This document shows positions 1 to 12,713 of a DNA stretch of 64,000 bases, piece after piece. The number at the start of each line of letters is the position of its first letter. The stretch's first letter is position 1. The stretch comes from Ptychomitrium polyphyllum (lineage: Eukaryota), in NCBI GenBank assembly GCA_973851085.1, contig OZ316775.1:620001-684000 (forward strand), in the 5' to 3' direction. The notes beneath the pieces are model-generated. The model ran no database searches and was not told where the DNA came from. It saw only the letters and a program-made list of their open reading frames with translations. Both the position numbers and the translations under genes were made by a program.

Positions 1-140
1 ATGATAAAGTATCTCAAATAATGTAGGTTTTTCAATTAACGTGAACCATGTAAACAGAAGTGTTTTTATTAATGAAAATTGCTTCTGATAATTTAGCCCA
101 CATTATGTATCATCAATGTGCAAGCAAGAGGACGGCAAAG

Positions 141-290
141 GTCATATCCGGAGTTGAGGCTCCATTAAAACATTTACTTTGGTTGTTAAACGCGGATGTC
201 ATATTCAAAGAAGCTGTTGGGTTGTATGACTTGGGGTATATTAGTGCCATATTTGAAGAGCATACAAAAAGGCCAAAAGATTATTTAAAA
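141..290 (+). pseudogene. Elongator complex protein 1 (ELP1/IKI3)-like fragment
   Basis: EAPLKHLLWLLNADVIFKEAVGLYDL resembles the plant ELP1 segment EEALKHLLWLxDxxAVxEAALGLYDL as recalled. Similarity decays afterwards, a stop follows at 318-320, and no further exons were recognised. Confidence 0.5.
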
Positions 291-2699
291 GTATCTCTCG
301 CTTTGAAGGACCAAAGTTGATGGCAGACTTTAGAAATCAGCAACCACATTGGTAGTGCTCGCACTCAAGGATAGTGTTCAAACCCTTTCTTTCTTTCCCT
401 GCTTGTTCCTACGACCTATAATTATTCCCAGATTGACTTAATAAATCTGCATTTGATTGGAAGTGGAGCCTGTTTTAATTGCTATTATTGAGTATGAAGC
501 AGGTACATATTTAGATGTGAAAAATTTAACTTCTAGTTAGATTCTAATGTTGCTTTCTGGACCTTTTTTAGCTTGTGGTGATAACATTTTAGTAATTGTG
601 GGTGAGTGTGTCAAAGATAGTATTCTCAGCCCTTTATAAATTCCTCACAGCACATGGTCACTGGAGCTTGGGTGACGTTCAATTACTATAGTAATACACC
701 TAATGTTTGTAACTAAATAGACATGTCTTGCTTGCATGCATCAAATAAAGGTATTGCAATGATGTGAAGCGATTTTGTGTATTTGTAATAACTGAGATTT
801 GAAGGGAGGTTAATCCAAATTACACTAGGCAATTCTACTGCGTTTTGATTTTCTACTGCGTAAAAGACAAACCAGGTCTACAGGTTTTAGTTTTTCAAAA
901 TCAAATTGTACATTCTTTTTTAAAAACCAACCTAAGCCACTGCTAGGTTTTGACTTCCTCTTTTAACGATATTCTGAATGTACTACCACGAAATCTTTCT
1001 TTTCTCCAAAATGTACAAACTATGTAGATTCTTTGTATTTTAAAAGATTATTCTTGAGTCTCGAAATGCTAAAAGTAAAAAAATCTTATTTATAATAATG
1101 TAACAACAGTTTTCAAGTAAATGTAGTATTGTTTCTAGTTTGCATCAGGTTTAATATTGGAGATGCCAGAACAAGAAGAAATGGAATCTACAGAATAGCC
1201 TAGGTCGCATTATGGTCGCCGCACTACGATTTTCTCCAAACCTTGTAGATTGCATGTTCCATGAATATATATGTATATTTAGAATAAATGATCTATCGAT
1301 ATACAATTTTCAGAAGACATAGGTGTATTAATTTATTGTCCGGTGTGCATCTAATTCACCTAAGGATGGATATAAATAGGAAACCTCCTCTCCGCTGCAT
1401 CTGCATGTTTACGAAGGCAGCGGTCTGGCCGCGAATCATTCTTCTACTGCCACATTACAAAAATTCTCTCCAAATGTTGCAGGAGTCATTTATAGTCAGA
1501 TAGGACCACTGGTCATTAACTTGAAGGTCGTTTTGGACAAATTCCTACTACACTTATTGTTGTCATTGTTGCAGTTACTGTGTCCCGCAGTAATCGTGAA
1601 AGTTTTAGATAAAGTTTTTAGCATAAACATTAGGAGCTATAAGTATACACTTTTATAACTTGAGTTCATATATTATTTACACCCAAAGTTCTTTAGACAA
1701 TACTTCAGTATCTCGTGGATGTCTTGTGAAGTATCTCACAAACCATAACCATGCATTAACTTTTAATAACAACCTTCCTTATCCATGAACCAACTTAATT
1801 AACATAATATAATTTACACATGGCCATCATTTTTTTTTATATGAAGCTGAAGGATAGAGTGAATTTTTTAAAAATTATTTAGCACTTAGATAATCCAATT
1901 CTAGTGAAACTTTGGTGAACGATGTAACAGAGAAAGCAAAAATCGTTACAGACCAGACAGTAAGGAAGGTCTTCAGTGTACCTGTTTGATTGTCAGAGTT
2001 GGTTCTTTGGGTGAGTGAGGTCTAGTACAGTTTGCTTGACCTGAAGCCAACCTTGTTTTAGTTTACATGGAAGAGTGATGTGATAATTGTGATGAGTTGA
2101 AGAGTTGAAGAGCTGAAGAAGCTTCCTTCATGTAGTGTTTTGTTTTTTGTTTTGTTTGATTCATATGCACGGCATTTCCCATAGGATCTGTATAAAATTT
2201 CTATATTATGGTTAGTATCTTGGAGAAGTTCGGAAAACAAATCATGATGTATCTTCCAAGTTTGAGAATAACAGAATAATGGATTTGAAGAATGTAAGCC
2301 ACAGTACCATGAGGATGCAATAATATAAAAAAGAAGTACATTCTCTTAGAGAATATAAAGTTAGTAGTATTATACTTTAATGGACTAACCTTGTGTTTTT
2401 TATTTGATCTCTTAAAATAATAGGCTCATAGCTTAACTTAGTTATGGAATATGGAATCCATCTCCTTATCATGCAATATAATTTAGATGCATTGTACCAA
2501 GTACAACGTCCAAGAATTAGAGCATTTAAACTTTGAATAATGAACAAATTCAAATACTTCTTTCATTCTTAATTAGTTACATTTTTAACTTTTTTAAGGA
2601 TTTTTGAATCATCAAATTAATTGAATATAGATAATAATTTTCAAACTAAATTTATATGTATTTTCTTTAAATGATATTATATGATGAAATTGAGTTGTT

Positions 2700-3931
2700 A
2701 CAGTAGTTTAAAAGAAAAGGCTCAAAATATAATTTTTATTTAAGTAAATTATTAATATAATGTTTTTACCATCTTGAATATATGGACTTTTAAAACATGA
2801 TTATGAATCAATAAATAGAGCTATGTGAACTTTCGAGCAATTAATTGAAGTATTTGAAAATACAACCTTACAAATGCAAGAATAGATGTAATAAATTTCT
2901 TGAATAATGAAGCTTATGTGGTACCTCTGTTACTACACTACTTATTTTTTTTATTCCAATATATATTAAATGTTTTGTAATGGATGTGTCCTTTTACCAT
3001 GTATATTTATGAACATTTTCTTAAAAGAAAAATAAAAATATCTTTGATTATTATGAAATTGAAATGCCTTTTTAAAAAAGAACTATAATTTTAAATGATT
3101 AGTTTGTGTATTTTGAATTAAAAAGAACAAATAGCAATATGATCATCTTTAAAGGCCACGGCCATAATGTCCAAACTTATTTAACAGCCATACATAAGGG
3201 ATTTAAAAAATATATACATAGACTAATCTTCCAAAGTTATGTCTTTTGTCTATTCTATATACAATGTCTTTCGTTGATCTTGGAATATTGAATATTGATG
3301 TATGATATTCAAAATCTTCCAATAAGTTCCTTAGAAAATCCAAGATGACTACACATGTTTGTTTATTCTTACATGAATTTATTTTTAACAAAAAGAAACC
3401 ACTACAAATATACTATTCAACATGAAGCCAACAAGGTTGTTTGAAAAGACTTTCCTTTTGCCTCTGATTGTTACAAGTTTGTATATCAAATGTGAATTGG
3501 TGATATTGCATCATAGCTACAATGACTTGTACAATGGTAGTTAATTCATTGTGCATAGTAATAGGCATGGAGGAACTTGAGACTTTGGAAACCGAGCAAT
3601 AACACCTTATTTTAGATGATTTTTCATTAAGATATGAACCAAATTTGTGCCTTTCACTGTCAGTAATTACATTGAATGTGTAATTCAGTGTTGATGACAC
3701 TATATCTCAATAGTAATAGTATTTGAGTTTTTTATCATATAAACTTGAATACTGTTTTATTACTTATTTTGCAACATTTAAGAGAATTCTTTTGATTCAA
3801 AATGAGACACGTTTGCTCTTAACACTAAATCACAGTACTGGGGTACAACCATGAATTTGTAAAACTTTCCCATTTGTGTTGGAGATCTCCATTATTGTTA
3901 GCAATTTGCGTCAATGCTTTTTACTTTTCAT
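2700..3931 (-). pseudogene. Decayed intronless ORF of unknown function (ORF D), basic protein
   Basis: Track ORFs 3203..3391 and 3413..3700 share one frame, which extends to an ATG at 3931 (MKSKKH*RKLLTIMEISNTNGKVLQIHG...). From 3206 to 3931 I count 6 stops (4 TGA, 1 TAG, 1 TAA) in very AT-rich DNA. The lower boundary is approximate. Confidence 0.5.
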
Positions 3932-4649
3932 GCCTAACACCTAAATTATTTTGCAAAGTTGCAGAGGTGGGGATTCTGGGGGCTTGTTTTTGGATAACAA
4001 AACCGCCGTTTCTAATTTAAGAGATACCTCGATGCAACCACAGCTTTTCTTACCAAAAAGTAGGTCGTGTATTAATAGTCCAGCCAATATGGAGCCACAC
4101 GCAGGATACATGTGCTTGTTTCCTTGAAGGAGGGGTTTTGGGGGACAGAGCCACGTTTAGCTGTGAAATCCTCCAATTTAAGCAAACAAAGTCAAAATAG
4201 TTTTACTCGATCGCCAACTGTGTTTTGTTGGCGTCGTGAACTGTCTCGATTTGAATATGTCTTGTGAAGTCTTGCTTGCTGTCACCAATCACCAATCAGA
4301 CAACGGAGGCTGCAGTAGATACGTTTGATCACTTAAAATAATAATACTGTCAGGAAGTTGATAACAATGAACTTTCCATTTCAACAGTATCCATAATTAA
4401 ACTGTGCTGATTACGTAAAGTTCAAACATTCTGACAAAGTAAACTAATAAACAAAGTAACTTAGAAACAAACAATTTTCTGCCCCATTTTTCAGGAAACG
4501 ATCATTCAACAGTAATATGTTTTCAGTAATTTATTTGAAAGAATTGGGAATGTTACTGCAATTTTCTTTATCATTAGTTAGCTGAATGATTCTGCACAAT
4601 GACTCCACTTTTTTTTCAAGAGTTCAATTTTGTTAAACATTATTTGAGT

Positions 4650-5020
4650 CTCTCATTAAATTCTCTATTGTGAAAGTGATGTAGGGTCATATGGCTAAAG
4701 AATGTGATGACTTCTCCGTTTCATGGTTTGTAAGAAAGACTTTTTCAAAAATAACTTTAAGTGGTTTCTTTGAAGGCCATCTTTTAAATAAGAAATTGGA
4801 AAAAATTCTTTGCACCCTCAAAAGCCTTGAGACTTTGTGCATTGACCAAATCTTCACTTATACAACTATTTTTGTGAAGATGGAGACTATAAGTTTAAGG
4901 ATATAAATCAACCAAATTATGGGTCTTTTTTAGGGTAGTGAATTAATGATATGTAATTATTTTTAAAAATTGGCAATGGCAAGATTATTGGCTAGCTTCA
5001 AGTGGAAAATAGGACTTGAT
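4650..5020 (+). mobile_element. Possible highly decayed Ty3/Gypsy gag-protease remnant
   Basis: With a frameshift, LYCES/GHMAKECDDF resembles a CCHC zinc knuckle, and downstream GSEL...KWKI weakly resembles a retroviral-type aspartic protease region. Confidence 0.3.
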
Positions 5021-5357
5021 CACTTTAAAGTAGATTATACATGTAAGCACTATTATCCATTGATACTATAATAATGGAAATGTTTTTATATGTTTATACT
5101 TACTACAATTACCTCAAATTTTTTAGAATTTAAATTACTTTGCTATATAATGTTTTTTGATTTGAGACAAATTTTATATTAAAAATAAATATAAAAATAA
5201 AATAAATGAAAGGAGATTTAAATTTTGATTATTAATTTTCTTGCAATTATTATAGAGAAACTCAAATCATTGTCACAAACCACTATAACATATTTTTGAT
5301 ATACAGAGTGGAAGAGTATAACTAGATTAAAAATGATATAAATAATTTCTTTGTATA

Positions 5358-5868
5358 TGTTAGGGACACAAGAAACAAGAAGTAGAAATGAAGTGTTTTC
5401 CAAGAATTAACTTCCAAAGAGCGAATGATTAACAAGAATTTGATGCAAAGACTAGAACAAGCAAGATACAAGATGATCCATAGCTTGTGTTGGCAAAACT
5501 AAGGAATACCTTGTCTTGCCCTCCTATTTATACTATGACACTTGTATCTCTTAGGAATGTTCTTAATAATGTTCTAGAGGTTTATGGAACCTTTCCAAGA
5601 AGTTTTTTAAGATGTTGGAACCTTCCCAAGAAGTTTCCCAAGATGGTGGAACCTTCTTAGGAAGTTTTTAAAAGAACTAGAACCTTCCCAGGAAGTATCT
5701 TGAGACGATGGAACCTTTCTAGGAAATTTTCTAAGGTAGTGGAACCTTCTTTGGAAATTTCCTAAAAATGTAGACACAGATATGGAGACATTTGAAAGTA
5801 TTCTAAGAAGCTATTATAATATACTAGAAGGTTTTAAAAGCTATGTTACATGATATATGTCCGAGACA
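5358..5868 (-). mobile_element. Solo LTR, family 1 copy 1
   Basis: Imperfect inverted termini TGTTAGGGAC...GTCCGAGACA, colinear with 11075-11720, about 6 copies of a ~31-bp GGAACCTTCCTAGGAAGTTTCC unit, TATAAATA on the minus strand at 5525-5532. No clear TSD. Confidence 0.8.
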
Positions 5869-6539
5869 TATGTAGAATTTGCTCTAATTCTTCAATGATG
5901 AAGTTGGTAGAAACCATTTTTTTTTTTTTTTGGCAAGAGTGACAAACTTGTTAATAATGGGGCATTACTTCAAGAATCATTTTCTTCTATACACTTGTAT
6001 GATAAACACTAATAGAAATAATAATTTTAATAACAAAGGGAATTACAAAATTATACTAGATTGACCGTTTCAATTTACATATATTTAGCATTGTTCTAAT
6101 TTTACAAAAATTATTAAAATTGGGCATGTGTAAAGTTCTTGGAAAATTTATGGAAAATTTTGAAAGCCTAAAAAAAATTCTTAAAACCCTAGTCTTCCAA
6201 GTAGATGAGCCACTTACTAATTGCCACGTGTATATATAGTGAAATCCAAATTAATTATGTTTTTCAATACTTAATTCATTAAATTTAATTACAATTGGTT
6301 ATTTGATATCAATCATGTTGAATTTGGTTTGGTATATAAGGATTAATTTTATGAAAAGCTCATTCCAAAGCACATTGAATCAAATCTGAATATTTATGGA
6401 TCTGTCATGAATTTGATCTCTACACATTAAGTTCAAACAATTAAAAGAATATCTATCCTTGCACATATTATAGTTCAATGTTACAGGAAGCCTTGTACAT
6501 GGAGTGACAAAGAAAAAAGTTTACTTCGTTGTGATGCTT

Positions 6540-7080
6540 TTGAGAGTGAAAAGTAGGAGTCACAAATCAAATTTCAGCATAACTCTCTCTTTCAGCATAA
6601 CTAGCTTGTGGTTCAAACGGGAATGAATGGACAATCACTCTCATTCTCAAAGTTTGAAATGTTGTTCCACAGCAGCACCATATGCTTCCCAAGATCTCAG
6701 CCCAGTACTCTACCATTTTTCCTCATCATCAACTATATTCAAAACAATCTCACTGAAACCTCAACTGGAACAAAGCTCATGCAATTTAGAAATTGTAAGA
6801 AAGACATTACACTTATATGAATTGTAATTTGTAAGTTTGAATACTTTCTGATCTAGTTCGGTTGCTCAAGTTTTGATTATGATGTATAACATTTTGTGAC
6901 TAGTGACACTTTAAGAGTTCCTACAAGATCATTGCAGATTCAACTGCATTTTTGTGTAGATCCCTCAGCATGATCTTTGCAGTGGTTATTATCGTGGTGA
7001 AGGAAATCAAAATTTTATTGTGCTGATGCCTCTATATGTGCAGGTAGGGCAAGTTGTCATTAAAGCACCAGCTCCCCATA
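6540..7080 (-). pseudogene. Decayed ORF of unknown function (ORF E)
   Basis: Minus strand reads ...TELDQKVFKLTNYNSYKCNVFLTISKLHELCSS*GFSEIVLNIVDDEEKW*STGLRSWEAYGAAVEQHFKL*E*E*LSIHSRLNHK, with only TGA/TAG stops in this stretch. One frameshift is inferred near 6900. Confidence 0.35.
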
Positions 7081-8699
7081 AATGTACTGTAAACTTTTCT
7101 TAAACACCAATTCCAAGATCCAAAATCCTTTAAAATGCATGATTTCTAAGGCACAATTTTCAAAGTAATTCAACCAATGACATACATACATGTAAGTAGT
7201 AATTTAAGATTTTACAAAGAGTGAAAACTTGTAGCACATGTCACACCTCTGGATAACATTATATCACACTTTAGGGTCATGAAGTACTTGTCACTTAACT
7301 TCAATACTCCAAATTAAAATTATCAATCAAATGACATCATCATAAAATCTTCTTTCCTATCGTTGGATGCTTTATTTTCAAAGATAACCCCACCGCCCCT
7401 TTAAGTTGTTGTTGCATTAAGAACAACATACCATATATTGCATACATTGGATTCATAATGTTTGACTGCATGGAACAGAAGCTTGGAGAAAGAGACCAAC
7501 TGGGGAATGATGAACTTGGTGACAAGGGCGAGGAGCAACTTAGCCCTTACAAAAGTGCAACGGGCTAGAAACCGATATCGTTGAGGAACACCGTGAGCAC
7601 ACCCTGAGCAACACCAAGAGACTCAGCAATGGGCAAGACGAGCAAAACCAGCTGCAATGGTGGAACAGAAGCTGTGATGCCGACAAAGCTGGACATCAGG
7701 GGAGGATGGGGAGAGTCGAAGCAGCTCGACATGCGGCTCGGGCAGGCGACCGATAGTCCCACGTGAAGAACAGAATCGGACCTGGCTTCGAAGCGTCAGA
7801 TTCCAGACACCCCCCATGTCCATCGTTATTATGATATGGTATAGTCCTTGCCTTGCATTGGTGTTTTGGAACAACGTTGCTTTCTGTATGTGCACGGAGA
7901 TTTATGTCAACTGCTTCGGGCACTGACATCCGCATTACGTAACCTTGGGTCATCAAAAGTGTGGTTTCTCCTTTGCATCCAAATATGATTGTTGCGGTAA
8001 ATCTTTAGATTCACCCTATAGTATTTTAGTGGTAGGGATTTTGGTTTTATGCACCTATTTCTTAATGTATTTTGTGCCCTCTTGGAGCAAGTGTAAGTGT
8101 AAGACCCTCTTGGGGCAACTCAAATATTGTTATAATAAAGTTTTGGTGTTGATTTATTTTTAAGATGCTATTCAACAACTTTCTACTTGAACTTCTCTCT
8201 TTTGGAAAAGATTTAGTAGTAAAATTTCAACTCTAGAGCAACACTTGCCAAATTTTACAATCAATTGTTGAATTTCAAACATTATCATGAGTTTCAACAA
8301 TTACAATTTTATTTACATCATCTACAATTAGTATATTAAGAGATCACACAATTTAGATTTCCATATCTCACTATTAATTACACTTGTAACACTTGAAAAA
8401 CATTAATGCAAAAAATGCATACATAATGTACACTGTAATCCAATAGAATGTATAGATAAATATATAGCCTTTAATGTAGTATAATTTGAAACCATTGAAA
8501 TTAGACAATTAAATCACAAATTATATCTTATTTTATGATATTTTAATACACATTTTAATGAATGAAATCATGCAGAAGTGTACAATTGGACCTTTTAAGA
8601 CCATATGTATGTGTCTCTATTATCTTATATTTTTATTCTTAATATATGGACTAAAAACATGCATTAATATCTTTTGTCCTAAATAACCAAAAAGAATTT

Positions 8700-10200
8700 G
8701 AGATTTATGATTTTGTAAATTTTAATTGAAAGAGATAATAAATTAGAAAGTCATTTCTTTGTAAAAAAATCTAAGAAATTGAAGTTGCAATCTAACGGTA
8801 TTCTTTTGTTGGAATTGATCCTTCAAACTCTAATTTTTGTGGATTTAAAAAAAAATCGGTGGTTCCAAAGAAAAAAATAGAAATGTAAATTACACTACAC
8901 TTAGAAATCTGAGGAAGTTGGATTTTCTAATATAGATATATGAATTCTAAAAATTAAGGGAAAAAAAAAAAAAAAAAAAACAATTGTTTAATGTTTTTTG
9001 TGAAAAATACAACAGATGTCTAAGGTACAAAGAATTCATAAAAAATTCATAAGTATTAAGAATTTATGGTTTGCTGTGTTTTCATTTATGCGAAGCTAAA
9101 ACAATTGTAGTACATAAAGAATCAAGGTAGTAGTATACATTTCCAATTCCAACTACAAGTCCATCAAATCTCAAGTATGTGTAAACTTATTTCTACATGT
9201 CTGAAACATGTCTAGCATTGGAACGTTGTTTTGTGATTGTAATATTCTTGTTGGAAGTAAGTGAAGTTAAAAACACAATTATGTTAAATGACCTATGAAG
9301 TGGATCATGTTGCTAGCTAGAGAAAAAAGCTGTACAATTTCACTTTGACAAGTGAACATAGTTTTAACATACTGAGTGAAAGGTTGGCAAAGGGGGACTC
9401 CTACCTTAATCTTACTTCTGAGGTCTTTTTAGTTTCTTGTACACACAGCACTTATGCAATCAACAAAAAGCACATTTTTAGATTTTCAAGGGTAAGGAGC
9501 TCCAAGTATGAACTTGAATGCTACATTGGCTGATTTACAAGCATGGGAGGTGTTCAGGAAAAGAGGACTGCACTCATGATAGCAGTGCCACAGCTAATGG
9601 TGTTGATACTGAGATGGGAGTCCTGTCATGCCACGATCTGCCATTGTTCAAACAATCATGTAGAAGGCATGCAACTAGAGCTTGCTGCAGATTCTTCACA
9701 TTTTCCATGTCCCTAGAGACTCACAATACTGTATCCTAAGGGAAGGGTAGAGTCTGGCAGACTGGGCGCCTGAGGGTACCTCATTGGTCAGTACACACGG
9801 AAGCTTCGATGAATTTATAAAAAGAATAAAGATTGGACTTCCAAACGTGGATTTGATATATGTTGAATTGGTTCATTGTGGATTCTAGAAGGAATGATCG
9901 TCCATCAAAATTTTGATATAACTCAAAGAAAGTTGGACAAGATATCAAATTCATTTTGTGTCTAATGTTCAGAAGAGATGTTGGAACTCTTCTTGCTGTA
10001 GCTAGGACTCACTTATTTGAAATTGGGGAAATGGATGGTGCTTGTATAAATTACAAATACTAGTTACTTATCAACAAATGTTTAGAACTTTTAGAGAAAA
10101 ATCATTTTAGAATCCGCCAAATCATTGTCTGTTTAAACTTGTAGTGACAATTTTGACAAATCAAAATTGATATATTATTAAAAACTTGAAATTTATTTGT
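8700..10200 (-). pseudogene. Decayed intronless ORF of unknown function (ORF C), basic protein
   Basis: Single frame 10200 to ~9480 with about 9 stops in 240 codons (5 TGA, 2 TAG, 2 TAA), e.g. NK*VLATARRVPTSLLNIRHKMNLISCPTFFELYQNFDGRSFLLES and VSRDMENVKNLQQALVACLLHD. It appears to continue after frameshifts near 9530 and at the A20 tract (8961-8980). Confidence 0.45.
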
Positions 10201-11074
10201 CCCTTTTTAGCAATTATTATAACAACATGATTATTTTTAATAATCATTAGTCCTTTGTAACTAGTTGTATGGAATTTCTAAGGTTAATATAATATGTGTT
10301 TCTTTATTTGAATAAATCACTTCTATTTGAACATCATTTATAAGATTTGCATATAAATAACTTTTGATACACCATTTGATTCTAAGCATGTTAATGACCC
10401 AATTTAGGATACTAATAAAAATGGATAATTTTTAATATCATATACTTTGTTTGTTCAATTTGAATTTAGCTTTAATTCTTTTCAATATATGGATTTTTTT
10501 TTAAATGCCAAGTAAATGAAGATTTCCATACATAGCAATTAAATACCATAATCATTATTGAATTTGCAATAAACAAAACTAAATCAAAAAACATCACAAA
10601 TTGACCTTTAAATGTGCCTTAGTTGATCATGAAGTTGTAGTTGAAAAGGAATATTACAATAATGTTGTAGTAGTCAAACAAGCCAAGAAGGCTAAGTAAA
10701 AAGTGATTAAGATATCTATAGCCTAAGTACATATAAACCCCATCTTTATTGCCTTCAATTATACTTGGTATCAAATCTCATTGTCAATTTTTTTGGAAAG
10801 CTTAAATCTTGAATATGAAACTAGTGGTTATCAAACAAATGTTGGACTAGCTACTAAAATATGGCAAACTCTTATAAAATCCTTATTTCTAGTCATAAAA
10901 TGCAATGAGACTAAAAAACATCCTACAATAAGAGCAAATTTAATTTCCAAAATATTGAATAAGAAGAAATGGTGTTAGATATGCCATATGCCACCTATGT
11001 TGGCATTAATTACACAATAACATTGTAACTACCATTTTCTTTTCACTACACACAACACAAAGTAGGCCAATTTG

Positions 11075-11720
11075 TATTAGGGACACAAGAAACAAGAAAT
11101 AGAAACGAAGTGTTTCCCAAGAATTAGCTTCCAAAGAGCTAATGATTAACAAGAACTTGATACAAAGACTAGAACAAGGCAGGATTCAAGATGATCCACA
11201 ACTTGTGTTGGCAAGATTAAGGAATACCTTGTCTTGCCTCCTATTTATACTATGACGTTTGTATCTCCTAGGATACTTCTAAAGAAGCTTCCTACAAGAC
11301 TTAAGAATGTTCTAGAAGTCTAGGGAACCTTCCCAAGAAATTTCCTAAGATGTTGGAACCTTCCTAAGAAGCTTCCAAGGAGTTGGAACCTTCCTTGGAA
11401 GTTTTCTAAGGTAGTGGAATCTTTTTATGAAGGTTCCTAAAGAAGTGGAACCTTTCTAAGATGTTTCCTGAAATGATGGAACCTTCTTCGGAAGTTTCCT
11501 AAGGTAATGGAATCTTCGTAGGAAGTTTCCTACAAAGTTACCTAAAGTGATAGAACCTTCCTAGGAAGTTTCCTAAGGTGGAGGAACTTTCCTAGGAAGC
11601 TTCCTAAGAACATGGAAAAGACTATGGAGACATCTAAAAGTATTCTAAGAAGTTATTATGGTATACTAAAAGGTTCTAGAATGTTCTGAGGACTATGTTG
11701 CATAATCTATGTCCGTGACA
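11075..11720 (-). mobile_element. Solo LTR, family 1 copy 2
   Basis: Termini TATTAGGGAC...GTCCGTGACA, 5-bp TSD ATTTG/ACTTG, about 9 tandem ~31-bp units at ~11324-11612, TATAAATA on the minus strand at 11242-11249. Removing it plus one TSD restores the host frame ILQVGLLC. Confidence 0.9.
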
Positions 11721-12713
11721 ACTTGTAGAATTGTTTGTTTATGATGCATTTTTCCATTAAAAGGAAAATAACATAGAACACAAATTTTGGAATGCTTCTA
11801 ATATTCTTGTCCATCCTTGCTTTCAAATTACATAATACCATTCGAAAATACATTCTTTATATAAAAAATTGCACCTTACTTTAACATTAAGAGTATTAGT
11901 TGCCTCACATTACAAGTACAAATATTCTCTTTTAAAAAAACCTTTGCAATTAAGGTTGATAAGTATAGGTACAATGCAAAGTATTATAATTTTGAACATA
12001 TGAGTTCTATGTGGCTATTAACATAGCATTCTTGAATATCTGTGGTAGATAATATAGACATTGAGTTTCAATATCAAGGTCATCAAAATCCACAACCAAA
12101 GCCAACTTCTCATGCACTAAGTTAAGCAAAATAGGCTCTTATCTATATAGTAAATAATAGGAGTTTATAAAATGCCAAAAATGCTTGTTTGCTAAAATAG
12201 CAGTCTATAGCAATTCATGGCATTTCAATCACAATAGTTTAAAAAAAGCAATTTATACTTTTATAAACCATATTTGATTGTCTAAACAATCCACTTAGCC
12301 TCAAGGTGATCTTCCAAAGTGGTGCAATGATCTATCAAGGCCTTAGTACACAATTCTTTAAAAAAACCAAAGAACTACTTTATATAATCAATCAACACTA
12401 CAATAAAATACAATCAAGATAAACCATAGCTATTAACTTTGAAGTATTTTGTAGCAAAGCCACAAATTTTATCTACTTGCTAAAATACTCCATCAGTGCA
12501 AATACATAATTAGGCCCACATGGGTTAACGTCAAGCATTCCACCAACATCCAAAGACTAGCAATAGCCCAAGTCCATGATGAAAAAAGGCCTTACTTAAA
12601 GTTATAAGGTGTTAAAATTCAACCAAACTTGGTCATGTATTTCACCCAAAAAAATGTGTGTGGTAACTTACTTATATATGTCAATCCACTAGTATTAATT
12701 ATACAACATAAAA

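Noticed and set aside
3963..3990. GDSGG serine-protease-like motif
   Set aside because: Short isolated match with no His/Asp context or extended ORF.
7460..7955. GC-rich island as a possible solo LTR (TGATGA...TCATCA)
   Set aside because: Only a 6-bp inverted end, no TSD and no second copy. Left unassigned.
11324..11612. CRISPR-like array
   Set aside because: Head-to-tail degenerate repeats without unique spacers, inside an LTR in a eukaryote.
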